Position numbers and translations under genes: made by a program. Positions 10,276 through 18,201 of a stretch of 20,000 bases of DNA are shown piece after piece (positions within the stretch are counted from its first letter, which is position 1; every line of letters starts with the position of its first letter). This DNA comes from an uncultured virus (IMG/VR IMGVR_UViG_3300032326_001218) (taxonomy: Duplodnaviria; Heunggongvirae; Uroviricota; Caudoviricetes): IMG/VR virus record IMGVR_UViG_3300032326_001218; one strand, 5' to 3'. The notes under the pieces were generated by a model. The model did no database searches. It was not told the DNA's origin and saw nothing but the letters and a program-made list of their open reading frames with translations.

Positions 10276-10281
10276 CTGTTT

Positions 10282-10319
10282 AAATCCTCAATTTACATTT
10301 GGTAATTTGGGGATTTTTT
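10282..10319 (+). terminator. Intrinsic terminator after the tmRNA
   Basis: AAATCCTCAA...TTGGGGATTT stem (inner TTAC/GTAA) running into a T tract. Confidence 0.6.
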
Positions 10320-10329
10320 CGTATATTTG
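10298..10329 (+). promoter_or_regulatory. Bacteroidota-type sigma-A promoter
   Basis: TTTG (10298-10301), 20-nt spacer, TATATTTG (10322-10329), which matches TAnnTTTG. Confidence 0.75.
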
Positions 10330-10345
10330 TATAAATTTGTTTTAT

Positions 10346-10612
10346 ATGGGAAGATGGCCAGAACCAGCAAAAGAAAAGCCTGTAAAATTTGAAGTAACCT
10401 ATAAAGATGATGATGGGTGTGAATCCGTATGGAAATATGATTTGAAGAAATTTCCAAATGGACCGATAGAGGTTACAAATAAGTTTCCGCCACATTATGA
10501 GAAGGCGTTGAAAAAACAACAAAAGGAAGCTAAATTGGCAAAAAAGCAATCAACATTAGAAAAAGCAAAGGCTGCAAATAAGAATGATAAGGATAGTAGA
10601 AAATATTGGTGA
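10346..10612 (+). CDS. Small basic hypothetical protein (88 aa)
   Basis: ATG at 10346, just downstream of the promoter (MGRWPEPAKEKPVKF...). Lys-rich C-terminus. The longer 10214 start overlaps the tmRNA. Confidence 0.7.
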   Translation: MGRWPEPAKEKPVKFEVTYKDDDGCESVWKYDLKKFPNGPIEVTNKFPPHYEKALKKQQKEAKLAKKQSTLEKAKAANKNDKDSRKYW

Positions 10613-11867
10613 GATTGATGAATTGAAGAGGATTTTGGAAACTGAACCATCGGTTTGGTATCCTATGTGGGTGGATAATGATAAACATCCACGAAACACA
10701 CATATATCCTTTATTTTCGTAAGAACTTTGACAGACCGATATATTCTACCACATCAACATACAGACTCTCTATCACTCTCTAAATCACTAATAGAGGGTA
10801 TCTTAAATACAAAAGGGGATAAGTGGGTATTCCAAAAGAAAAAGCTACTACAATCGTTTCAAAATATAAGGGAAGGATTGAATGACATTGATACCGCTTA
10901 TTTCTTAAAAACAGGTGAAACGATAGACTACCAACAACCACTACAACACCTGGTAGCTCCCTTATTACACAAAGGTTACAAAGAAGATGTCATTCAATCT
11001 ATTCCCATTCTTAAACTTGCGGAAGCGATAGAACCGGAATTAAGAAAAACTTATAGACAAAAATCTAAAACTTATAATTGGTACAACGATATCTTCTTAC
11101 CCATCCTTTCAGAGATTGAGGGATATGGGGTTCGGGTCGATGAGAAAAAATTTATTGATAGATGGCCACAAGCCCAGAAACACTTAAAAGGAGATGTGGT
11201 ATATACCGAATACAATCCATTTACCGTAACCGGTCGTCCATCCAATCGTCATGGTGGTGTGAACTATGCGGCATTGAATAAATCGGATGGTAGTAGGGAT
11301 GTGTTCGTATCGGATGGGATATTCTTACAAATGGATTATAATGCATATCACCCTCGTCTTATCGGTAAGTTGATTAAGTTCGAAATGCCGGATGGTAATG
11401 TACACCAATGGTTAGCTGACCAATATGGATGTAGTGTTGAGGAATCAAAAGGGGTTACGTTCCAATTGTTGTATGGTGGTATTGATGATGATTTCCGCCA
11501 AATTCCATACTTCAATGCCGTAGCTGATTATATTGATAACTTATGGATTGAAACACAAAAGCTAGGATATTTACAAACACCACATCGTATTATTCCTTTG
11601 GAGTGGATTGAAGGGGCTAACCCACAAAAAGTATTTAACTATCTACTACAAGCGGTTGAGACTGAGATGAACGTAGATATTATGGGAAAGGTATTGGATT
11701 ATATAAAGGGGAGTGATATAAAGTTTTGTTTATACACATATGATTCATTCCTTTTTGATGTTCCTACTGATGTGGATAAAGAATTGGTTAAAGGATTGAA
11801 GGAAATCATTGAAGGTAGTGGGTTTCCTGTAAAAGCAAGTTGGGGTTTAGATTACGGAAAGTTATAA
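10584..11867 (+). CDS. Compact family A DNA polymerase-like protein
   Basis: TVTGRPS; motif A-like LQMDYNAYHPRLI; motif B-like SKGVTFQLLYG; NYLLQAVE; motif C-like LYTYDSFLFD. Confidence 0.8.
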   Translation: MIRIVENIGEIDELKRILETEPSVWYPMWVDNDKHPRNTHISFIFVRTLTDRYILPHQHTDSLSLSKSLIEGILNTKGDKWVFQKKKLLQSFQNIREGLNDIDTAYFLKTGETIDYQQPLQHLVAPLLHKGYKEDVIQSIPILKLAEAIEPELRKTYRQKSKTYNWYNDIFLPILSEIEGYGVRVDEKKFIDRWPQAQKHLKGDVVYTEYNPFTVTGRPSNRHGGVNYAALNKSDGSRDVFVSDGIFLQMDYNAYHPRLIGKLIKFEMPDGNVHQWLADQYGCSVEESKGVTFQLLYGGIDDDFRQIPYFNAVADYIDNLWIETQKLGYLQTPHRIIPLEWIEGANPQKVFNYLLQAVETEMNVDIMGKVLDYIKGSDIKFCLYTYDSFLFDVPTDVDKELVKGLKEIIEGSGFPVKASWGLDYGKL

Positions 11868-11905
11868 CAGTCATATTTATACTATATACAAAAATATGCT
11901 ATAAT

Positions 11906-12514
11906 ATGAAAAAATTGATGTTCCTTTTATCGTTTTTAATCGTTTCCTTAACATCGTTTGGACAACTACCTGATGTGAGAGTTAAGAATGAAGTGTTTGA
12001 AGTACTTTATTCACAATCGTTAGAACAACCACTAATCATTAAGTATCGTTCTACAAACCGCCCTACAAATGTTAATAGAGGTCATATGGATTTCTATATG
12101 GAGAAGGGAATTAAAACTTCAGATGGTGAAGATTATAAAGGTAACATTTATGATAAAGGACATGGAGCACCTGCAGCAACATTCTCTGATAATGAAGCGA
12201 ATTTGAAGCAGACATTTTCATATCTAAATTCAATAATGCAAAATCAATATCTTAATAGAGGTGAGTGGAGAATGTTAGAAGAACAAATTCGTAAGTGGGA
12301 TGATGTAGAACCAATCACCGTTTTAATAAAAACTTTTTTTGATACTCCTGTTAAAAGAGTACCAACTGGGGCAGCAATCCCATCATATTTACAAAAACAT
12401 GTTTACTTTGAAAAATCAAATAAATGGAAATGTTTTGTATTTCTAAATGAAAGACCAAAATTTAAATGGGATGAATTAGAAATGATATGTGAACCAGCTG
12501 ACCACAAATTTTAA
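11906..12514 (+). CDS. Secreted DNA/RNA non-specific endonuclease (NucA/Serratia-type His-Me)
   Basis: YDKGHGAPAA (DRGH motif) and TFSYLNSIMQNQYLNRGEWRMLE. Start at 11906 gives the signal peptide MKKLMFLLSFLIVSLTSFG|Q. Confidence 0.85.
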   Translation: MKKLMFLLSFLIVSLTSFGQLPDVRVKNEVFEVLYSQSLEQPLIIKYRSTNRPTNVNRGHMDFYMEKGIKTSDGEDYKGNIYDKGHGAPAATFSDNEANLKQTFSYLNSIMQNQYLNRGEWRMLEEQIRKWDDVEPITVLIKTFFDTPVKRVPTGAAIPSYLQKHVYFEKSNKWKCFVFLNERPKFKWDELEMICEPADHKF

Positions 12515-15500
12515 TGAATATGAATTTATCTGAATTAATAAACGAAATACTTTCTGAATGGGCATACCGAGTTGAAGATGGGATGCCAAACCCAAAGAAC
12601 CCAACCCATATAAAAGAGTTGGGTATTGTGCTTTCTGAAATGGGATTATCTCATATCAAAAACACATTGATTGAAAATCTTCTAACTGAAAAAGGAAAAA
12701 CTCCTGAAAAACATGTTGTAGAAGCGGATAAACAATTTAAAAATCCTGTTTTAAATAAAAGTATAAAATATAAAAACGCCAAAGGAGAAGATGCAGAAGG
12801 ATTAGTTGGTAACCTTTTGAGATTACCGGCTGAACATCCTGGTAGAAAAGCAGCAGAAAGATTGCTTCCACCAGACGGTTCGGAAGAAAGAGATAGTATT
12901 AATAAAGATTTAGGTGGTGAAAATCAACCGGAAAAGCCGGAAGAACCAACTGCTGATAAAGGTGGTGGAGAACAACAACCACAAGAAGACCCAATTCAAA
13001 AAGCGGCTCAAATGTTTGACCCTAAATTGGACCCTGCGATGGGAGTACGTTTAGATAAAGAAAAAGAAACTAATGCTCAATTAGCAAAAGATGCTGAAAA
13101 ACAAGATGCTGAATCTGAAAAAGAAGTAAAACCAAAAGAGGAAACTGATTTTAACCCAATAGCAGCGGTAGATGTTCAAAAAGAAATGCCAGAGGCTGAT
13201 CCTGAAACTTTTGGTGGTGAAAGTGATATACCTGATGGAATTGGTGAAAAAGAATTGGAAGAATTTAATACTGATATAAAGAAAGTAAAAGATATTGTTG
13301 CCGATGCAAAGGCTAAAGGTGAAAAAGCACCAAACATTAATCTTTGTCAAATAACAGTACCTGGTACTAACTTATATTGTGATGATAATTTAGGTATTCC
13401 AAGAGCAGAGATGCCACAATTCAAAGGTAAAGCGATTGAAGGTAGTAGAGCTGCTAATATGCCGGTTGATAAAGATGGTGAAGTAGATACTGAACCGGTA
13501 TTCAAAGAAATGTTAAAACAAAAAGGAATTACGGTAGTACAAACCCAAGTTCCTGCTGATAAATTAAAAGCAACTCAATCGGAATTGGTTGGTGCTAAAG
13601 TTGTGGGTATGATGGGAGCATTGGAAGAAAACCCAGAGCATGAAAAAATTACCGCACCGATATATGTGAGTAGAGATGGATATGTAATTGATGGACATCA
13701 TAGATGGGCAGCAATTGCAGCCTATAATGCGGCAAATCCAGATACTCAAATTCCAATGAAGGTACAAGTGATTGACCAAGATATTAAAGATGCAATTCCA
13801 ATGTGTAATAAGTTTGCGGAAGATATTGGAATTGCGGCTAAAAAAGCAGATGCTAATAAAGAAACACCAACTGAACCGGCTGCAACTGAAAAATTACCTG
13901 AACCAAAAGAACCAAATACGGTATCTGGTGGAGTAATTTATAGTTTAGGTGGTGGATATTATTCAGATACTCCGGGTGGACCGGCACAATATAGAACTGT
14001 AGAAAGCGTAGTTGAAAAAGCATTGATTGAAGGAAATGAAGATTGGGCTTATCTATTATTTGAGGCAGTTGTAAATAAAGTAACTTCTAAAGGTAAAACT
14101 ATTAAGGTACAAACAATTGACCCTAAAAATCAAAAGAAAGCAACTGCTAATGCAAAAGCGGTCGCATCTGGTAATGTAACCGATAATGGACCTGCTGTTA
14201 CTGCAAATATAGCACCGGATGAAGACCCTGCTACTGGAAAAGGTGCAAAAGAAATAGATTCTAAAAAATTCAATTCAAAGAAATTTACCGAAAGTACAAT
14301 TAGACAAAAACAGGCATTTGACAATGTTGAAAAGGCATATCCAAAAATAAAAAGACATAATTACCAATATCCAAATGGGTCTGATGCATATTTGAAAAAA
14401 GTAATGCACCCAGCCGCATTTGAAGCAATGGATACATTGATTAAATTATCTAAAGGTGGTGATTTTGTACCACCTATCAGCATGGTTACTGACCAATATG
14501 GAGCGGGTAAAATATCTGCACAAATGAATGAATTGTGTATTCAAGCTGTGATGGCATTCCCACCAACAAAAGAAGGTATTGCTGCTAGAAACGCATTTAT
14601 ACAATCTTTAAGAGAAAATAACAAAACAATAATCAAATCTAAGCAAACTCCAATATTAGATGATACTTGGATTGATGAATTTGAAGGAGCATCTAATGCA
14701 TTCAATGGTGCTATGGATAGACAACATGGTGTGGGTAAATGGAAAGTGGTTGGTACTACTTGGGATGTTCGTTCTCAAAATGAAGATAGAGGTATCAACT
14801 ATGATGATAAAGGATTTTCTACTGATATTAATATTCAAGTTGAAGCGGGTGGTAAAAGAGAAAATGTAGAAATTAGTTGTAAGAAGGATTGGAAAATATT
14901 CTTATTAAACGCTGGATTGGGTGATGCTGAAAACTGGTATTATACATTAGGGCCTGAAAACGAAAAACGAGCAATGGATTTAATGCAAAAAGCAGCGGCT
15001 AAAATCAAATTATCAAAAGAAGAAATTGCAGAGTTAAAATCTTTAAGTGAGCAAGCATTATCAAAAGCACCTGTTAGCAATAAAAAGTTACAAGAAGACC
15101 AATACAAATCGGCAATTAAAGGAGCTGATATTATAGATGGTATTGAACCAAAAGAATTAACTAGAATATACAAAGAGTGGATAGCTGGTGATTATGAAGG
15201 TGGTATTGATAAAAAAGGAAAAGTAAAATCAGTAAAAGATCCTGAATTTACAGATGCGGCCATTAAAGCACATATAAAAGTTGGAATAACAAATGAAGCT
15301 GAATTTCATGCTGAAATGAAAAGAATCAATCCTGGATATAAACCAACAAAGAAGTATTACAAAAAAGCTGTGGTTTGTATAAATAATATGTTGGCACAAA
15401 CAAAAACCGATGATGATGCTATGGCATGGCACAAATCACATATGAATATCACTACTAACTTTATACAAGACGCCGCACAAACTCTTGTAAAAGATAAGGA

Positions 15501-15861
15501 ATATCGTAAGATGTTATTAAGAAAATTACAAGAAGCAATTCCATTAAAAACAATGACCGAAGGTGTGGAAACTATGCAAATTGATAGTATGTACATTACA
15601 CAGGAACACATGGGTAAATTGTTTGGAACAACCGATTGGAAAGATATAAGACAGTATTTAGATGTTCAGGTAATTAATGGTGAAGGTGTATTAGTTTACA
15701 AAGCTAAAGGTAAAACTACATCTCAACCAATTTCTATTGCAAAAATCGGAATTAGAGAAAAGGGAAGGGGATATGATGGAAACCCAGCATTAGAAGTAAA
15801 ACCTTCTGATGAATTTGAAGCTGATATGAGAAGAATAGAAAAAGAATTGACAAATAGATAG
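12514..15861 (+). CDS. Large multidomain protein with a ParB/Srx-like domain and a putative C-terminal PD-(D/E)xK-like domain; candidate internal virion protein
   Basis: LKATQSE...PIYVSRDGYVIDGHHRWAA (ParB N-terminal motif) and later QMNE...GFSTDINIQV...VEISCKK. Acidic/Pro-rich linkers between domains. Confidence 0.7.
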   Translation: MNMNLSELINEILSEWAYRVEDGMPNPKNPTHIKELGIVLSEMGLSHIKNTLIENLLTEKGKTPEKHVVEADKQFKNPVLNKSIKYKNAKGEDAEGLVGNLLRLPAEHPGRKAAERLLPPDGSEERDSINKDLGGENQPEKPEEPTADKGGGEQQPQEDPIQKAAQMFDPKLDPAMGVRLDKEKETNAQLAKDAEKQDAESEKEVKPKEETDFNPIAAVDVQKEMPEADPETFGGESDIPDGIGEKELEEFNTDIKKVKDIVADAKAKGEKAPNINLCQITVPGTNLYCDDNLGIPRAEMPQFKGKAIEGSRAANMPVDKDGEVDTEPVFKEMLKQKGITVVQTQVPADKLKATQSELVGAKVVGMMGALEENPEHEKITAPIYVSRDGYVIDGHHRWAAIAAYNAANPDTQIPMKVQVIDQDIKDAIPMCNKFAEDIGIAAKKADANKETPTEPAATEKLPEPKEPNTVSGGVIYSLGGGYYSDTPGGPAQYRTVESVVEKALIEGNEDWAYLLFEAVVNKVTSKGKTIKVQTIDPKNQKKATANAKAVASGNVTDNGPAVTANIAPDEDPATGKGAKEIDSKKFNSKKFTESTIRQKQAFDNVEKAYPKIKRHNYQYPNGSDAYLKKVMHPAAFEAMDTLIKLSKGGDFVPPISMVTDQYGAGKISAQMNELCIQAVMAFPPTKEGIAARNAFIQSLRENNKTIIKSKQTPILDDTWIDEFEGASNAFNGAMDRQHGVGKWKVVGTTWDVRSQNEDRGINYDDKGFSTDINIQVEAGGKRENVEISCKKDWKIFLLNAGLGDAENWYYTLGPENEKRAMDLMQKAAAKIKLSKEEIAELKSLSEQALSKAPVSNKKLQEDQYKSAIKGADIIDGIEPKELTRIYKEWIAGDYEGGIDKKGKVKSVKDPEFTDAAIKAHIKVGITNEAEFHAEMKRINPGYKPTKKYYKKAVVCINNMLAQTKTDDDAMAWHKSHMNITTNFIQDAAQTLVKDKEYRKMLLRKLQEAIPLKTMTEGVETMQIDSMYITQEHMGKLFGTTDWKDIRQYLDVQVINGEGVLVYKAKGKTTSQPISIAKIGIREKGRGYDGNPALEVKPSDEFEADMRRIEKELTNR

Positions 15862-15878
15862 AAATAGTAAAAATACCC

Positions 15879-15937
15879 TTTCATCCGTTTTTTCATATTT
15901 ATAGATGATATAAAAGAAAAGGGAAAAGCGGATGAAA
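15879..15937 (+). promoter_or_regulatory. RNA hairpin sequestering the ATG at 15932, with a putative late-promoter motif in its loop
   Basis: TTTCATCCGTTTTTTC (15879-15894) pairs with GGAAAAGCGGATGAAA (15922-15937): 16 bp including 2 G:U. ATATTTATA lies at 15895-15903. Confidence 0.65.
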
Positions 15938-16360
15938 ACACAGTTATTATGTACGTTTACAACGAAAGGTGAGTTACAAAATACATTACAATTAATTAGA
16001 GAAACTTACCACATCGTTTATAATTACATCTATATTCTTCAAAATAAGGCGAATTTAGATGAATTATTTATCACGTATAACATAGATACAGCATTCCAAC
16101 CGGATACTCCGTTGGAAAATACAATTTTAATACATAGAAAGAAAGAGTCTAACTCACTTTATACTATTAATGCTCTTAACGAATTAGTTAAAGAGGAAAA
16201 TGGTGGGGTGTTAGATACTTCTTTTGTCATCAATTGGCAAAAGTTTAAAAATTCAATCATATTAACTAACGCCGAAGGTACTAAAAAAATTCAAACAAGA
16301 GTTTTTGAAGTAATTGACTTTGGTGAAGGAAAAGAGGTTATAACTGACGAACACAAATAA
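15932..16360 (+). CDS. Hypothetical phage protein (142 aa) upstream of the endolysin
   Basis: Clean ORF (MKTQLLCTF...IHRKKESNSLYTINALNEL) ending 7 nt before the endolysin ATG. No transmembrane segment. Confidence 0.75.
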   Translation: MKTQLLCTFTTKGELQNTLQLIRETYHIVYNYIYILQNKANLDELFITYNIDTAFQPDTPLENTILIHRKKESNSLYTINALNELVKEENGGVLDTSFVINWQKFKNSIILTNAEGTKKIQTRVFEVIDFGEGKEVITDEHK

Positions 16361-16367
16361 TATTATT

Positions 16368-17201
16368 ATGTTATTAAAAAAAGGTGATAACAACGAAAAT
16401 GTAAAATTGATGCAGGAGAAATTAGGTATCTCTCCAGCAGTTACTAATTTCGGTCCAAAAACCGAAGCAGCGGTAAAAGAATTCCAAGCTAAAAACGGAC
16501 TTCCTGCAGATGGTGTAGTAGGACCAGCAACTTGGGCAAAAATTATGGGAGAGAATACTCCAGCACCGCCACCAGCGGCACCAATAGCACCAGTGGGTGG
16601 ATTAAAATTAGATAAATTAAAAGGACATATTCCTGATGCAGTAATCGCTATGATTCCTGATACGGCAGCTAAGTTCCAAATCAACACTCCATTAAGATTG
16701 GCACACTTCCTTGCACAATGTGGACATGAGAGTGGTGGATTTAGAGTAACACAAGAGAACTTAAACTATTCAGCAAAAGGTTTGAATGGTATCTTTAAGA
16801 AATATTTCCCAACTGAAGCAGCAGCGGCACCTTATGCTAGACAACCACAAAAGATTGCAAACAAAGTATATGCAAATCGTATGGCTAATGGTTCGGAAGC
16901 AAGTGGTGATGGCTACAAATTCAGAGGTAGAGGATATATCCAATTAACGGGTAGAGATAATTACACTCAATTCGGTAAAGCAATTGGTGAAGATATAGCA
17001 AATAACCCAGATGCAGTTAGTGGACAATATGCATTATTATCAGCAGCATGGTTCTGGTCTAAAAATGGATTGAATAAGTTGGCAGATGGTGGTGCAAGTG
17101 ATACTGTGGTAACATCTATTACTAAAAGAGTAAATGGTGGTACAATTGGTTTGACAGACCGTATCAAACACTTTAAAGAATATTATCATTTACTAGCATA
17201 A
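16368..17201 (+). CDS. Modular endolysin: N-terminal peptidoglycan-binding domain plus GH19 catalytic domain
   Basis: FGPKTEAAVKEFQAKNGLPADGVVGPATW (PG_binding_1), Pro-rich linker, then AHFLAQCGHESGGF, FRGRGYIQLTGRDNY and TKRVNGGTIGLTDR (GH19). Confidence 0.92.
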   Translation: MLLKKGDNNENVKLMQEKLGISPAVTNFGPKTEAAVKEFQAKNGLPADGVVGPATWAKIMGENTPAPPPAAPIAPVGGLKLDKLKGHIPDAVIAMIPDTAAKFQINTPLRLAHFLAQCGHESGGFRVTQENLNYSAKGLNGIFKKYFPTEAAAAPYARQPQKIANKVYANRMANGSEASGDGYKFRGRGYIQLTGRDNYTQFGKAIGEDIANNPDAVSGQYALLSAAWFWSKNGLNKLADGGASDTVVTSITKRVNGGTIGLTDRIKHFKEYYHLLA

Positions 17202-17204
17202 TAA

Positions 17205-17238
17205 TTTGGTAGATTTATAAAAAAATCGTATATTTATA
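17205..17238 (+). promoter_or_regulatory. Promoter: host-type -33/-7 overlapping the ATATTTATA motif
   Basis: TTTG (17205-17208), 20-nt spacer, TATATTTA (17229-17236). ATATTTATA lies at 17230-17238. Confidence 0.6.
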
Positions 17239-17253
17239 TTATAAAGTAAAAAA

Positions 17254-18147
17254 ATGGCAAATATCAGATTAAAAGAATTACTGGAAGCTAATATAGACCC
17301 TAAATTGGTAGCAAGAAGTAAAGAAAGTGGAAAACTTGTTTATTTCAAAACACCACAAGCTAAAGATGCAGCATTGAAAGCTGGTTCTCATTCAGACCCT
17401 AAAGCTAAAAAAGGTGGTGAGCCTAAAGCAGATGCAAAACCAAATGATATGTTTGGTGGTGATTATGCAAAAGATAGAGGTGGTGAAGTTCCTAAAACTG
17501 ATCCTGTTATTGCAGTAGCATCTAGAGCTCAAATGGTCCCAAAACAGTTAGCAGGTTGGGCAGATAAGAATGGTGTAGACCTTTCCAAAGTATCCGATGC
17601 TTTAAATTCAGGTGAGTTAGATGTATTTAATTTTAGAACGGCAGTTAGTGGTATTGATGGTAACAAATACGCTAAAGATGTAATTGCTAAATATTCACAA
17701 TCTGATTCTAATACGAACTATTCACAATCAGTTAAACAAGACATTGATGGACAAACTGATGATGAATTATACGATGCTTTGTATGATATGGGATATGATT
17801 TCGGAGAACTTGGTAGTGATGATTTTGATGAAGAAGGATTCGCCGATGCAGCAATGAATTTAGGTTATCGTTGGGATGAAAAGAATAAAGTATGGAATCA
17901 TAGAGATGATATGGATGATGGTGATGATTCCGATGTAGATGGGCAAAGTGATGAGGAATTATATAACGCTTTATCTGATATGGGATATGATTTTGGAAAA
18001 TTTGGTAGTAAGAATTTTGATGAAGAAGGATTTGCTGATGCAGCGATAAATTTAGGTTACCGATATGATGACACGAATAAAGTATGGAATCATAGAGATA
18101 ATGTAAAAGAAAGTTCAACGAAACTAACATCAATGATTAAAAGATAA
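17254..18147 (+). CDS. Hypothetical protein with a shared N-terminal module and two acidic 56-aa repeats
   Basis: Leader MANIRLKELLEA, module SGKLVYF...DAALKAGSH, and a C-terminal duplicated domain. Confidence 0.8.
   Translation: MANIRLKELLEANIDPKLVARSKESGKLVYFKTPQAKDAALKAGSHSDPKAKKGGEPKADAKPNDMFGGDYAKDRGGEVPKTDPVIAVASRAQMVPKQLAGWADKNGVDLSKVSDALNSGELDVFNFRTAVSGIDGNKYAKDVIAKYSQSDSNTNYSQSVKQDIDGQTDDELYDALYDMGYDFGELGSDDFDEEGFADAAMNLGYRWDEKNKVWNHRDDMDDGDDSDVDGQSDEELYNALSDMGYDFGKFGSKNFDEEGFADAAINLGYRYDDTNKVWNHRDNVKESSTKLTSMIKR
17740..18099 (+). repeat. Intragenic tandem duplication, 2 x 168 nt, period 192 nt
   Basis: 17740-17907 DIDGQTDDELYDALYDMGYDFG...KVWNHRD versus 17932-18099 DVDGQSDEELYNALSDMGYDFG...KVWNHRD. 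Confidence 0.92.
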
Positions 18148-18149
18148 AC

Positions 18150-18180
18150 AAAAGGGAGAAACTAAAAATTCTCCCTTTTT
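18150..18180 (+). terminator. Intrinsic terminator
   Basis: AAAAGGGAGAA-actaaaaa-TTCTCCCTTTTT directly after the stop at 18147. Confidence 0.85.
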
Positions 18181-18201
18181 ATTTGGTCTATATTTATATG
18201 T

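Noticed and set aside
10214..10345. N-terminal extension of the 132-aa ORF
   Set aside because: It overlaps the tmRNA 3' end, terminator and promoter; the ATG at 10346 is the plausible start.
11871..11909. Possible hairpin (TCATATT/AATATGA) covering the nuclease ATG
   Set aside because: Only 7 bp, nearly all A-U, with a long loop; too weak to distinguish from chance.
15932..16360. Holin call for the gene upstream of the endolysin
   Set aside because: The protein has no transmembrane segment.
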